Source: a virus. From it: DNA of 64,000 nucleotides. The stretch is taken from IMG/VR virus record IMGVR_UViG_3300024239_000016, positions 113,678-177,677 of that record; one strand, 5' to 3'. The notes beneath the pieces are model-generated. The model was given only the letters and a program-made list of their open reading frames with translations, was not told the origin of the DNA and made no database searches. The position numbers were made by a program, and so were the translations under genes. Below are positions 9,303 through 19,373 of the stretch, in pieces (position 1 is the first letter of the stretch; each line of letters opens with the position of its first letter).

Positions 9303-11450
9303 ATGGATCAACAAAACGAATTGGATCCGAGATTGCTCGGATTAATGGCTATTAACTTTGCTCCGGGCACAATTACCAGCGCTCGGCAGCAGATGGTTGG
9401 TAGTCAAATCGCTCAAGTTATTGATTGCGATGGGGTAACTGAAAAAGCTATTTTCACCGGCATTGAGTTTGAGTTGGGTAAAACCACATTCAACATTCAA
9501 GCACCATGTGATATGGAGATCTTAAAGGTTTTTGATCTCTATCGACGCTCAATGGGACATGATGCAATTGAGCTGAATCCGTTAAAAGTCGTGATGTACC
9601 GTGACCTCAACACAGGCAAAGTAGGTTGTCTGGAGCTAATGGAATACGCGTCGTATCATCAGACTTTTGGATTCAAGTACAGGTTCACAAAATTCGCTGA
9701 GAGAATTAAAGAAAAGGCTGTCTTTGAAAAAGGTACAGTTTTTGCAGATTCTCCAGCGGTGACTGAAGATGGTTTCTTCTGCTATGGTGCAGAACTTGAG
9801 ACCGTATATCTGGGTACCCATAGCTCGGGCGAAGATGGACTGACTTTCTCACGTAGTGCGCTCGAGAGCATGACGTATCGGACGTACATCAAGCGTACCA
9901 TTCAGTGGGGTAAGTCAACCTATCCCATCAATAAGTACGGAACTCTTGACGTAATGAAAGCGTTTCCTGATATTGGCGAGTATGTTGACGAATCTGGCAT
10001 TCTGATGGTTCTTCGCGACCACTCGCCTGAGCTGGATATCGTTGGTCTGAATAAATACGATCTGATGGAAGTGGATTACTTCTACGACAATATCGTCTAT
10101 GCGGCTGGACCTGGCGGAAGAGTGATCGACATCCGTGTTTGGTACGACGATCGATCTCAACATAACGCTACTCCACGCGGCATGGAAGAGCAAGCGATGA
10201 AGTATCTGAAAGCTAAACGCGAATTTAACCGCGACATGCTTTCAAAGTATCACGAGATGAAGGCAAGAAACAATGGCGTTGACCCAGAGTTAACTCCGCG
10301 TATGCATCAGCTAATGATTGATGCGCTGAGAGAAATCGAACCTGGTCCAAACGCAGTCGAGAATACCGATGCAACCGATAAGGTTGATGTATGGCGACTT
10401 GAGTTCACTATCGAGTACGTCAACACTCCGAGCATTCGTAGCAAGTTCACCAATACTGCAGGTGGTAAAGGTGTGGCAGTTAAAGTGGTTGAAGATGAAG
10501 ATATGCCCGTCGATGATTTTGGTAATCGTGCGCAAGTGATTGCATCTGTCGAGTCGACCATCAACCGCAATAATACTCAGCAGTGGTATGAGCAGGCAAT
10601 TAACGCATATGGTCGAGGATTGATCCACCACATGCGGAGATTACTCGATCTGCCAATTCACGAAACACCCGCTGGAATTGAGATTATTCTCGGTCGTCAG
10701 TCTGAGGAAAAAATCCAACAACTCCTCGATTTGCTTGAGCGGCATTACAAGATCATTTCCAGACGCATGCATGAGCAGTTTGTCAGTATGTCAAGACAGA
10801 TAAAACTCGCTCGACTCAGCTCTATTCTTACCAGCAAACTCATTCCTTTGCTAAAGCCATCTAACGACGAAGAAGAACTCACCACGATTGTTCTGACTCT
10901 GCGTGAGGTATATAGGGCTGAAGGTATCGAAGAACGCTCGTGTGTCACCTATAAGACATACGCTGGTGTGCATGAGCGTACAGTTACCCCTGCGCTAATT
11001 GGATCCGAGTACTGGATGCAACTGGAAAAGACAGGCGATTCGTGGGCGGCGGTAGCTAGTCCTGATTTCCAACATCACGGAGTGCCTGCGACAATCAGTA
11101 AGCTGAATCGTTACAGTCACCCACATCGTAATCAACCAACTCGCGCTATTGGCGAAGCTGAAGGTCAGCTAATTTCAGCACATGCTCATCCGCTAGCTCT
11201 TGCTGAGTGGATTGACCGCAACAACTCACCGGAGTCTCATCGGGCGCTCGTAAGATCGATCTACGCTACCAAAACACCTTCCAACATTCCTATGGCTGTT
11301 GATCGTAAAAAGATCCCATTAGGTGGTCCCAAGCCTATGCGGTTGGTTAAACACCTTATGGAGTGTGCTGGTATGCGGTTCGTCTACAAAGTAAGTGAAC
11401 GCACCAAAGCCTACTATCGATTGATTGCAAAGCAGAAAGAATCGGAATGA
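9303..11450 (+). CDS. Non-virion RNA polymerase beta subunit, C-terminal part (phiKZ gp71-73-like)
   Basis: RpoB-like motifs: SARQQM, GEDG, SKFTNTAGGKGV (both conserved lysines), EDMPVD. Confidence 0.9.
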   Translation: MDQQNELDPRLLGLMAINFAPGTITSARQQMVGSQIAQVIDCDGVTEKAIFTGIEFELGKTTFNIQAPCDMEILKVFDLYRRSMGHDAIELNPLKVVMYRDLNTGKVGCLELMEYASYHQTFGFKYRFTKFAERIKEKAVFEKGTVFADSPAVTEDGFFCYGAELETVYLGTHSSGEDGLTFSRSALESMTYRTYIKRTIQWGKSTYPINKYGTLDVMKAFPDIGEYVDESGILMVLRDHSPELDIVGLNKYDLMEVDYFYDNIVYAAGPGGRVIDIRVWYDDRSQHNATPRGMEEQAMKYLKAKREFNRDMLSKYHEMKARNNGVDPELTPRMHQLMIDALREIEPGPNAVENTDATDKVDVWRLEFTIEYVNTPSIRSKFTNTAGGKGVAVKVVEDEDMPVDDFGNRAQVIASVESTINRNNTQQWYEQAINAYGRGLIHHMRRLLDLPIHETPAGIEIILGRQSEEKIQQLLDLLERHYKIISRRMHEQFVSMSRQIKLARLSSILTSKLIPLLKPSNDEEELTTIVLTLREVYRAEGIEERSCVTYKTYAGVHERTVTPALIGSEYWMQLEKTGDSWAAVASPDFQHHGVPATISKLNRYSHPHRNQPTRAIGEAEGQLISAHAHPLALAEWIDRNNSPESHRALVRSIYATKTPSNIPMAVDRKKIPLGGPKPMRLVKHLMECAGMRFVYKVSERTKAYYRLIAKQKESE

Positions 11451-13447
11451 AAACATATCCAATTCGTGATTTGATCGCTATGACTCCTGAGCAAATCTGG
11501 GAGGGAATGCGCGGTAGTAAATTCATCATCGCTTTCGATGATAGTGAAATGGTCACAGATCGCAAAGATACGTGGCTCTCAGCAATCGCATGGACTGTTT
11601 TCAAACAGTTCCCGTTGACTCAGTATTTGAAAAAACACCACTTCACATCTCACTTCAAAGGTAGGTTATTTAAATCTACCACTCATTTCAGTGTCTTTGA
11701 AGAATGTGCATTTGACGTACTTGATGCTTACCGTGGCGTGATAACGCAAGAGCGCCTAGCTGAGATCATGTTCGATTCGCATATTGAGTTGTGCAATCAG
11801 ACCACTGTGAAGTTTGGAAAATACGTAAAATCCATGGACATCTTCTCTGCTCTGGACTTGCAGTATTCCGACGAAGTTCAGAAACTGAAACGAGAAGTTC
11901 AGCCGGATGAGAAATCCATCAATAAGGCCATTAGTGCCTTTGAGAAGATGGTTATGGATACCAACTCTTCGGTTGGACAATTCCCCATTAGCCGTATGGC
12001 ACAAATTAAGCAGATCAAAGTGGAGCAATTGACATCTTGTGTGTTGCTGCGCGGGTATGCTCGTGATGTGGATTCGTCGGTGTTCCCTAAACCGATCATG
12101 CGCTCCTTCTCTGAAGGTATTCGTTCAATGGCTGACTTTCTAGCAGAATCTCGTGGCGCTCCAGTTGCTATTGAGATGGCTAGTAATCCGCTGCAAATGG
12201 CAGCTTACAACTCCCGTAAATTGCAGTTTATCGATTCCATTATCTCTACACTGCATCGTGGGGATTGTGGATCAAAGAAAACAATGGCTGTCACTTTGCG
12301 TGATGCTGAGCGTAACGAGCTTGGGGGTATTACCCGAGTGAGTGACCTGCACGTGTGGGAAGGGATTTACTATCATTTAGGCGATGGTAATCTCAAGGTA
12401 CTGAAAGCTAGCGATAAGCATTTGCTTGGTGTGACGATCTTTGCCAGAAATGTCTTGGATTGTCAGCATCCAGATCCAGCCGGCGTTTGCGAAACTTGCC
12501 TCGGTAAGATCGCTGATACGTACTTCGATTCAACCAACGTCGGTACCAATGCATCGACAAACTTCATGAAGGATATTCTTCAGCTACTTTTATCCGCTAA
12601 GCACCATCTAAGCAGCGCGGATGCTGAGAAGATCGAGTTGGATCGAGAGTCATCAAAGTTCTTTAAGACTGACAAAGCTCAGCTCAATTATATCCTACGG
12701 GAACCATTCCCAATTGGAACGCATCTCTTGCTCTCACCAGCAGAAGCTACCAACTTGACCGACATCGATCTTGGCGATGTTGATATTCACGCAATCGATC
12801 GCAGCCGACTAGGCGGCATTCGCACTGTTGGCTTCGAAGCCCCAGATGGTAACGTAACATCTGTTCAGATTGGACTAAAACGCCGACCTGCTATGATGTC
12901 AGCTGAGCTGTTGGAGTTCGTCAAAGAAAACAGATGGACGTTCGATCAGCGTGGTAATTTCAAGATCAACCTTGATGAGTGGAGTCCAGCGCGTAGTTTG
13001 TTCTCCTTACCACTTCGTAACTACAACACAGCAGACCATACCAAAGATCTCGCTGAGTTCATCGAAGCCCGAGCAGATCAGTTGTATGAACGAGATGCAA
13101 ATATCTCGCCCTATGACTTTCTGCTTGAGTTAAGTGATCTGGTAAATACCAAGAGCGTTGTATCGATCGGCATTTTGCAGATCGTAATGAAGGGCTTGAC
13201 CATTGTGTCAGCTGAAGATCGAAACTACAACATTCCGAAACCCGGTGAGCGTATGGGCATTGGTGTCCTTAATCCTTTGATGAACTTGCGCTCTGTATCA
13301 ATCACGCTTGGCTACATGGGCCATCGTGAGGCATTGAAAAACCCAGCAAACTTCATCCTGAAGGATAGACCCGATCATCCGATGGATGTAACCATCATGC
13401 CGATGGAGTACGCTATGGCGTTAGCTAAAAAGCCGCAAGGAGCATAA
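11447..13447 (+). CDS. Non-virion RNA polymerase beta' subunit, C-terminal part (phiKZ gp74-like)
   Basis: RpoC-like PI.RSFSEG...ESRGA, DCGS, Zn-binding CQHPDPAGVCETCLG, trigger-loop-like LSAKH. Confidence 0.9.
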   Translation: MKTYPIRDLIAMTPEQIWEGMRGSKFIIAFDDSEMVTDRKDTWLSAIAWTVFKQFPLTQYLKKHHFTSHFKGRLFKSTTHFSVFEECAFDVLDAYRGVITQERLAEIMFDSHIELCNQTTVKFGKYVKSMDIFSALDLQYSDEVQKLKREVQPDEKSINKAISAFEKMVMDTNSSVGQFPISRMAQIKQIKVEQLTSCVLLRGYARDVDSSVFPKPIMRSFSEGIRSMADFLAESRGAPVAIEMASNPLQMAAYNSRKLQFIDSIISTLHRGDCGSKKTMAVTLRDAERNELGGITRVSDLHVWEGIYYHLGDGNLKVLKASDKHLLGVTIFARNVLDCQHPDPAGVCETCLGKIADTYFDSTNVGTNASTNFMKDILQLLLSAKHHLSSADAEKIELDRESSKFFKTDKAQLNYILREPFPIGTHLLLSPAEATNLTDIDLGDVDIHAIDRSRLGGIRTVGFEAPDGNVTSVQIGLKRRPAMMSAELLEFVKENRWTFDQRGNFKINLDEWSPARSLFSLPLRNYNTADHTKDLAEFIEARADQLYERDANISPYDFLLELSDLVNTKSVVSIGILQIVMKGLTIVSAEDRNYNIPKPGERMGIGVLNPLMNLRSVSITLGYMGHREALKNPANFILKDRPDHPMDVTIMPMEYAMALAKKPQGA

Positions 13448-13454
13448 CTGTAAT

Positions 13455-13486
13455 GCACCCCCTGGACTAACCAGGGGGTGTTTATT
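13455..13486 (+). terminator. Intrinsic terminator
   Basis: CACCCCCTGG-ACTAA-CCAGGGGGTG followed by TTTATT. Confidence 0.75.
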
Positions 13487-13514
13487 AAATGTAAAATAAC
13501 CGCTAGGAGGATTT

Positions 13515-15023
13515 ATGCCGGCGTTTCGTATAACAAAATGCTCGCATCACTTCGTTGTGAGTGAGCTGTCTTACCAAGCAAGATACGCCGTTATTCGCTT
13601 TGCATTGCGCTTTGACCAATTCGAATGGATCAGAAATGCTGGTTCCTGGGTAAGAAATAAGATCAGATCTTTTTGTGTCGATAATTTAAATCTTGGCGAA
13701 TTCCGGTTTCATATCAACTCGTTTAATGATTTCATGCAGTACATGCATGATAATAATTTCACATCGGAATCTTACACGATTGTTGAGCGCGATCATAAAC
13801 CTGCAGCTCCTTTCTTTTTTAAGATTCGTCCAGAATACCAGCCGCTACCAAAGCAGCTGGAAAGTATCAAATTTGTCTGCGAAGACAATGGTAAGCCGAG
13901 CATTCTTCTTCAAGACCAGACCGGTAACGGGAAAGGCTTTGTTGCGCTCACTGGGATTCTACATCGGGCATTGAGATTAGGTATTGTTGTAAGGCCTGGT
14001 TTCATTAAGAAGTGGAAAGATGACATTGCCAAACATACGCTCATTACTGAAGATGATATTTTCGTAATTCAAGGTAGTGAGTCAATAGAAGAAGCCATTG
14101 AGTTGGCAAATGTTGGCGAATACAACTACGGAATTACCATCATCTCAAATCGAACATTTCAATCTTGGATGAGAGATTATGAGATCGTCCAAGGTTATCG
14201 CGGATATGGCGTCCATCCTCAAGATTTCTTTGGGCATCTAGGAATCGGTATCCGGATGATGGACGAGGTCCATATGGACTTCCATCTGATGTTTAAGATG
14301 GATCTATACACCCATGTCAAACACGCAATTTCGATCTCCGCAGAAATTGATGGGGATGATTCGTTCGAAAACAGTATGGCTCTTCTGGCATACCCATTAG
14401 AGGGACGTACCAAACGTCAGCCATATCACAAATACGTCAATACCACACTGTTGACTTTCTGCTTTAAGATGCCAAAGAAATTACGGTATCAGCAAGGTAG
14501 AAATTACAATCACATCAAGTTAGAAGAGTCGATCTGTAAACACATTCCTACCTACAACGCGTATGTCAAGATGATTCTTGATAATGCAAATGCTGAATGG
14601 AGGGATGACTATAAGCCGGGCGATAAATTGGTAATCTTTGTAGCATCAATTATGTTTGCTACAAAGTTAGTCAAAGAAGCTCAACGATATTGGCCAGGTA
14701 AGGATGTTCGACGCTACGTAGAACAAGATCCTTTTGAAAACCTGATGGGTGGCGATGTAACTATCACTACTCTGTTATCAGGCGGCACAGGACACGACAT
14801 CCCTAATCTGTCAACTGTGGCGCTAACCAATTCTGTTAAAGCAACCAGATCAAATATCCAGGGTTTTGGTAGGCTGCGTTATAAAGAGGGCCGGAAGCGT
14901 AAGTTCTTATATATGGCGTGCAAAGATATTCCTAAGCAGATGGAGTACGATCGCGCTAAAAGGGATCTTCTCAGGGACAAAACGCTTACGTTCAACGCAA
15001 TTCATCATCCTTACATGTTGTAA
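13515..15023 (+). CDS. Superfamily 2 (DExH) helicase, phiKZ gp75-like
   Basis: Walker A QTGNGKG, Walker B DEVH, motif V SGGTGHDIPNL, motif VI QGFGRLR. Confidence 0.85.
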   Translation: MPAFRITKCSHHFVVSELSYQARYAVIRFALRFDQFEWIRNAGSWVRNKIRSFCVDNLNLGEFRFHINSFNDFMQYMHDNNFTSESYTIVERDHKPAAPFFFKIRPEYQPLPKQLESIKFVCEDNGKPSILLQDQTGNGKGFVALTGILHRALRLGIVVRPGFIKKWKDDIAKHTLITEDDIFVIQGSESIEEAIELANVGEYNYGITIISNRTFQSWMRDYEIVQGYRGYGVHPQDFFGHLGIGIRMMDEVHMDFHLMFKMDLYTHVKHAISISAEIDGDDSFENSMALLAYPLEGRTKRQPYHKYVNTTLLTFCFKMPKKLRYQQGRNYNHIKLEESICKHIPTYNAYVKMILDNANAEWRDDYKPGDKLVIFVASIMFATKLVKEAQRYWPGKDVRRYVEQDPFENLMGGDVTITTLLSGGTGHDIPNLSTVALTNSVKATRSNIQGFGRLRYKEGRKRKFLYMACKDIPKQMEYDRAKRDLLRDKTLTFNAIHHPYML

Positions 15024-15035
15024 GCATTCAGTGAT

Positions 15036-15074
15036 AAATAAAAAAGAGCGGCATGTGCCGCTCTTTTTTATTTT
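15036..15074. terminator. Bidirectional-type intrinsic terminator
   Basis: AAAAAAGAGCGGC-ATGT-GCCGCTCTTTTTT. Confidence 0.85.
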
Positions 15075-15092
15075 ACTTTAGGTTGTATTAAA

Positions 15093-15644
15093 ATGATCAA
15101 TCAAGATAAAATTGCATGGATCGATGTCGAGACAACCGGGTTAGATGCTAAAAAGCATTTGATTCTTGAACTGGCTATCGTCATCACGGATTACGACTGT
15201 AACATATTAGTGGAGCCAAAGAGCTGGGTGGTCTTTTATCCACCCAATGCGATCAGCGCGATCATTGATGATTGGTGCTTGCGCACCCATACTAAAAATG
15301 GATTATTGGCCGAATCCCAGGTATCGGCGCTATGGCGCATGGATGTAGAGCAAGCCGCTTACACATATCTCGCCGATCATCTGGAACCAAATAAATCGCC
15401 AATAGGCGGATTCAGTGTTGGATTTGATAGAAATTTCCTAGAGCAACATATGCCTAAAACCATCGATCATCTCCATTACAGGAATATCGATGTTAGCTCT
15501 ATTCGTGAGCTTGTAAAACGATGGGTACCTGAATTTGCAGGATCGCCATCAGCGCAATCCAAACACCGAGCACTGGATGATTGCTTAGCTGCCATTGAGC
15601 AGCTGCGTAAATATAAAGCGACTTTCTTTAATAAAGGCGTGTAG
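15093..15644 (+). CDS. orn: Oligoribonuclease (DEDDh 3'-5' exoribonuclease)
   Basis: WIDVETTGLD, THTKNGL, GFDRNFL, HYRNIDVSSIRELVKRW, KHRALDD; all Orn catalytic positions present. Confidence 0.92.
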   Translation: MINQDKIAWIDVETTGLDAKKHLILELAIVITDYDCNILVEPKSWVVFYPPNAISAIIDDWCLRTHTKNGLLAESQVSALWRMDVEQAAYTYLADHLEPNKSPIGGFSVGFDRNFLEQHMPKTIDHLHYRNIDVSSIRELVKRWVPEFAGSPSAQSKHRALDDCLAAIEQLRKYKATFFNKGV

Positions 15645-15697
15645 TGTATTGTTTTTCAAACACATATTGCATACATGATCTATAACAGGAGATAAAC

Positions 15698-16000
15698 ATG
15701 TTCAACGCAGGACCCGTCAAAACTCTCTATCGCGTTTTCGTCTATGATTCGGACGGACGTTACCGCGAAATCACGCCGCCTCCTCACACCAAAGGTTTCC
15801 CGTTCTCCGAAGTCTTCTCAGTTGTCGATACGCAATTGGCTAGCGCTGAGTTCTCCGATGGTGCTCACTGTCGATTGGTTGTTACGGATACAAATGACAA
15901 TTGCCACCTTGACTACATCGTAGGTCGTGGTGTTGTCTATCCCACACAAGAGAGCGCGCTGGTTCAGCAGAACCTTTCTCACATTTGTTCTACTGAATAA
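15698..16000 (+). CDS. Hypothetical protein
   Basis: 100 aa, strong AGGAG RBS. Confidence 0.7.
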   Translation: MFNAGPVKTLYRVFVYDSDGRYREITPPPHTKGFPFSEVFSVVDTQLASAEFSDGAHCRLVVTDTNDNCHLDYIVGRGVVYPTQESALVQQNLSHICSTE

Positions 16001-16022
16001 GTTTCCGATCAAGGAGATAAAA

Positions 16023-16424
16023 ATGGCATATGTGAGTAAATTTATACGTGCGCTCTATGACAATTCGAAAACCATTCCAGACAAAGTAGGCAAGACTAGC
16101 TGGAATATTCATTTCCCGGATGGCGATCCTGTTTATCCTGGTAAACACATCAAGCAGGAAGAGCTACTCAATCTGCTGAATGAACTTGATTCGAAACTTG
16201 GTCGTTGTTTGCAGCGTGTCATGATACAAACTGCCGTGCTGGATTTCTTTGTTGTTCTTGACGGTATTTTGCCATCAAGGGTCCGCTACTTCAGGTACCC
16301 CAAAGGACTGATCGGCGAAAAACATGTACCCGACATTACGAATGATGTGTTTGAACTAATTGTGCGTATCTCCGATGCTCTTCCGGATGGTACTTACACC
16401 AAAAATGTAGGTGCCAATTTGTAA
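16023..16424 (+). CDS. Hypothetical protein
   Basis: In-frame ATG at 16023 with AAGGAG RBS; ends before a terminator. Confidence 0.7.
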   Translation: MAYVSKFIRALYDNSKTIPDKVGKTSWNIHFPDGDPVYPGKHIKQEELLNLLNELDSKLGRCLQRVMIQTAVLDFFVVLDGILPSRVRYFRYPKGLIGEKHVPDITNDVFELIVRISDALPDGTYTKNVGANL

Positions 16425-16433
16425 ATCAGCTTT

Positions 16434-16465
16434 AAGAGCCTGCTTGCGCCGGCTCTTTTTTTTTT
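16434..16465 (+). terminator. Intrinsic terminator
   Basis: AAGAGCC...GGCTCTT followed by a long T run. Confidence 0.75.
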
Positions 16466-16478
16466 CTATAAACGGCAT

Positions 16479-16511
16479 ACATTACACGACCCCGATGGGG
16501 TCGTGTAATGT
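16479..16511. terminator. Hairpin at convergent junction
   Basis: ACATTACACGACCCC-GAT-GGGGTCGTGTAATGT. Confidence 0.7.
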
Positions 16512-16519
16512 GATTCGTA

Positions 16520-16936
16520 CTATCTCTTATTACTGTTAGCTGCAGCTAGAGCTGCCTGTAAGCGAGAGTGCTCTTCGGCCATTCTGTTCGCCTCTGATGA
16601 TTCGGCGTTAGATAGCTTCAGACAGCGTTCAATCATTTCTTCGGTTTCCCAATACTCGTGCTCTTTGTAAAAACTATCCCAAGAAATACCTGTGAAATGA
16701 TGTACCCGAGCTTGAATATACCTGTCAAATAAAGCACCGTACAGGTTCTCCATTACATGTTCATTTTCGTTGTACTTAATCAACGAGTACTGACCTGCGT
16801 TAGGACCTGTGTGATCTAGCACTCCAAGAAATGTCTCCGTTTGTTCGCGTAAGCACATCTGTACTTCACGACGATTAGCTCTGGGTAGTTTGCTTAACAG
16901 GTTATATAGGAACTCTTTCAGAGCTCCTATATTCAT
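16520..16936 (-). CDS. Conserved hypothetical protein
   Basis: 138 aa, GGAGG RBS, co-oriented with the upstream minus-strand operon. Confidence 0.7.
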   Translation of the reverse strand: MNIGALKEFLYNLLSKLPRANRREVQMCLREQTETFLGVLDHTGPNAGQYSLIKYNENEHVMENLYGALFDRYIQARVHHFTGISWDSFYKEHEYWETEEMIERCLKLSNAESSEANRMAEEHSRLQAALAAANSNKR

Positions 16937-16968
16937 GGCAAAGCGCCTGTGGATTGGATACGGTGGGT

Positions 16969-18582
16969 TTACCCCCTCGTACGAATCCTGTGCTCCTGGA
17001 TGATTTCCTGGGAAAGGAGGGTAAAAAAAGTGCTAAGGGTATCCATAGCAACAGTACCCTTGAAGAGATCGCCATTCTCGATATCTTCTTTCTGGCAGAG
17101 TGGGCACTTGGTGACTGGCGCAGCGATGAGAGCAATCGTGCAATCATCGATCAGCTTACGGACCTCAACGCCGAAGGACTCCACGAGCTTTTTATCGCCC
17201 GATTGATCCATTAGCACAGTGTCAATCGTTTCACGATCATCGACAATCTGACCATCACCAAGATCGATGTAACTCACCCAATGCGAGTACTCCATCATAC
17301 CGGTAACATCAGCTGCACGGTTGAGGTGAGCATTGCGGATGTTCAGATCTTCCGTCTGACTGATCGTCTTACTGACCGATGCTTCCAGTCGCTCAACCCA
17401 ACGGACACCAGCAGCGATGTAATCACTAACTGACATGTCTTTCAGATAGAACTTGATGAAGCTGACGCCATCTTCGCACGGAACATCGACAGAACGACCG
17501 ACGTGCCACGGAAAATCTGACTTGTAGCGCTTGACCTCATCCACAGTCATAGAGGAGCCTTCGCGCTTGGTCATGTGGGCGCGCTGGTATTCAGTGAAGT
17601 GATCATCCGCCACTAGCGCGCACTTGCCGATTTCAATCAACTCGGTAATGACATTGGCGCACGACTGAACATCATTGATACAAGCGTGAGCGTATTGATA
17701 ACCACGACGCCAGACCATATGGGCGAGATGTGCGATGATCCACGGAATATCCAGAGAACTGGTGTTATCCATGATCCAGTCGAAATTCACACCCTTGACA
17801 GAGATGTCGTGCAGCTGACGACCGATCAGATCCATGATGGGACGGAGCAGGTACGTAGCGCTATTACCAAGTGCAAGAGCGTAGCTATTGTTCGCTACAT
17901 TGACCTTGGTGGCCTCGATAGTTCTGAACAGCTCATCCAGCTCAAAGCGCATCGGTGCTTTGAGAGTGATCCAGAAACCCGAATGGAAAAGAGGAATCGT
18001 CAGATATGTGCCCTGGCCAGTTTGCGCACGAATGCGCATGACAGCTCGTTGACCAGATACACGATCACCACGCTCTTCAGCATAGCGTGGCACGCCTGCT
18101 AAGAGGTTTCCTTTGGGAGAGGTCAGTCCTTGCTTCCACGTCTTGGAGATATCCCCCAGAGCGCCAGCAAATTGGTTCTGTGCTGGAGTGAAGTAAGTAC
18201 CAACGGTCATCGACTGAGTGTGATGGCGATCGGTCTTACTCGCATCTGGGTCGATGACTGGTGACATAGCGATGGTCTCAGCCAAACCACCGCTAGTGTG
18301 AGCTGGGCCGACCACATAGATGCGATCGTTTGTGAGCTTACCGCCAGGGATGGAACTGATTGGTGGCGTAGTCCAGTTGATATTTCCCTTCGGTAACGGC
18401 GGCTCTACCGAGGTAAAGTTCTCACTGGGCGTTTCTTTGACTGGCTGCGGATCAGCGACAAAATCCGCATCTAGAGGATTGAACGAACCGCCGACTTCAG
18501 TGACACCTCCAGCCGGAATCGACGCATTTTGATCGACCTCAACGGCTGCAGTGGGTACGTGCGGCATGTCTTCAGTTGTCAT
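16969..18582 (-). CDS. Conserved phiKZ-like protein with C-terminal CxxC, possibly baseplate-hub-assembly-like
   Basis: Start moved to ATG 18582 (GAGG RBS, coupled to the upstream stop); motifs IPLFHSGFWITLKAP and KCPLC. Function tentative. Confidence 0.55.
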   Translation of the reverse strand: MTTEDMPHVPTAAVEVDQNASIPAGGVTEVGGSFNPLDADFVADPQPVKETPSENFTSVEPPLPKGNINWTTPPISSIPGGKLTNDRIYVVGPAHTSGGLAETIAMSPVIDPDASKTDRHHTQSMTVGTYFTPAQNQFAGALGDISKTWKQGLTSPKGNLLAGVPRYAEERGDRVSGQRAVMRIRAQTGQGTYLTIPLFHSGFWITLKAPMRFELDELFRTIEATKVNVANNSYALALGNSATYLLRPIMDLIGRQLHDISVKGVNFDWIMDNTSSLDIPWIIAHLAHMVWRRGYQYAHACINDVQSCANVITELIEIGKCALVADDHFTEYQRAHMTKREGSSMTVDEVKRYKSDFPWHVGRSVDVPCEDGVSFIKFYLKDMSVSDYIAAGVRWVERLEASVSKTISQTEDLNIRNAHLNRAADVTGMMEYSHWVSYIDLGDGQIVDDRETIDTVLMDQSGDKKLVESFGVEVRKLIDDCTIALIAAPVTKCPLCQKEDIENGDLFKGTVAMDTLSTFFTLLSQEIIQEHRIRTRG

Positions 18583-19252
18583 CTTTCTTTTCCTCGATCG
18601 GCGATGTTTCCTCAGCAATCGATTCAGCTGGGGCAGCATCGGTAACAGGTACCTCTTTTTCGACAAGAGTCACTGAGTCAGGTTCGGCGTTCTCAGCATT
18701 GGCATAAGGTACGACAACTAACTTGCCGGAATCCTGGTCCAGAGTGAGAGTTTGATTGGACGACATTGCCTCAGCAATGGCGCGTGGCTTCTCGCCGGTG
18801 GCGATGTCATGGCGATCCTTGGCGACCTGGAAGTCGTCAGTGACTGCGGTAGTCATCGGTTCAACAACGCCGACCAGAGATTCCATCAGGTCGGTATATT
18901 GCTTGGTGAAATCGATAACCAAAACCAGGTCGTCATTGCTGGTCGGCCGCCCGGTACGTTGTTTGTGCTGATCATTGATGTTATCGAACATGGTTTTGAA
19001 TTTCTTCAGATCCTTAGTGATGGTCCGGATCGTGTCGTTCGTCTCTTCCGGATTGATGAGGAACGGGATCAAGTGCTTGTGCTCGAGGAGCGCATGGCCA
19101 ATCGATCCGAACTTCTTGATCTGCTGCATTGCGAACTCATGGTGTTCCCGCAGATTATCCCAGGCTTTGCTGGACATCTTGTCGTTGCGGAGCTTGGTGA
19201 GTTCTTTCTGCAACTTATCACGTTGCATACGGCCTTGACTTTTACGTGTCAT
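18572..19252 (-). CDS. Hypothetical protein with coiled-coil N-terminus and acidic tail
   Basis: 226 aa, AGGAAG RBS, phage high-expression codon use. Confidence 0.7.
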   Translation of the reverse strand: MTRKSQGRMQRDKLQKELTKLRNDKMSSKAWDNLREHHEFAMQQIKKFGSIGHALLEHKHLIPFLINPEETNDTIRTITKDLKKFKTMFDNINDQHKQRTGRPTSNDDLVLVIDFTKQYTDLMESLVGVVEPMTTAVTDDFQVAKDRHDIATGEKPRAIAEAMSSNQTLTLDQDSGKLVVVPYANAENAEPDSVTLVEKEVPVTDAAPAESIAEETSPIEEKKDDN

Positions 19253-19309
19253 TGTCCACTTCCTATCTTGTTTGAGTTAACTGGTCGATCCAGACTATAA
19301 ACTTGTGGT

Positions 19310-19334
19310 GTATATTTTTACACTAATATATTAC
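19310..19334 (+). promoter_or_regulatory. Early promoter, TATATTAC at 19327-19334
   Basis: Exact core with AT-rich upstream sequence, ahead of a four-gene accessory cassette. Confidence 0.75.
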
Positions 19335-19373
19335 TTTATTGATTCCTACCTATAATCAATGAAAGGTTAAGCC

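Noticed and set aside
9303-13447. Introns or inteins in the nvRNAP genes (the phiKZ gp71-73 gene is split)
   Set aside because: Both ORFs are continuous and of expected size, with no intein or homing-endonuclease motifs
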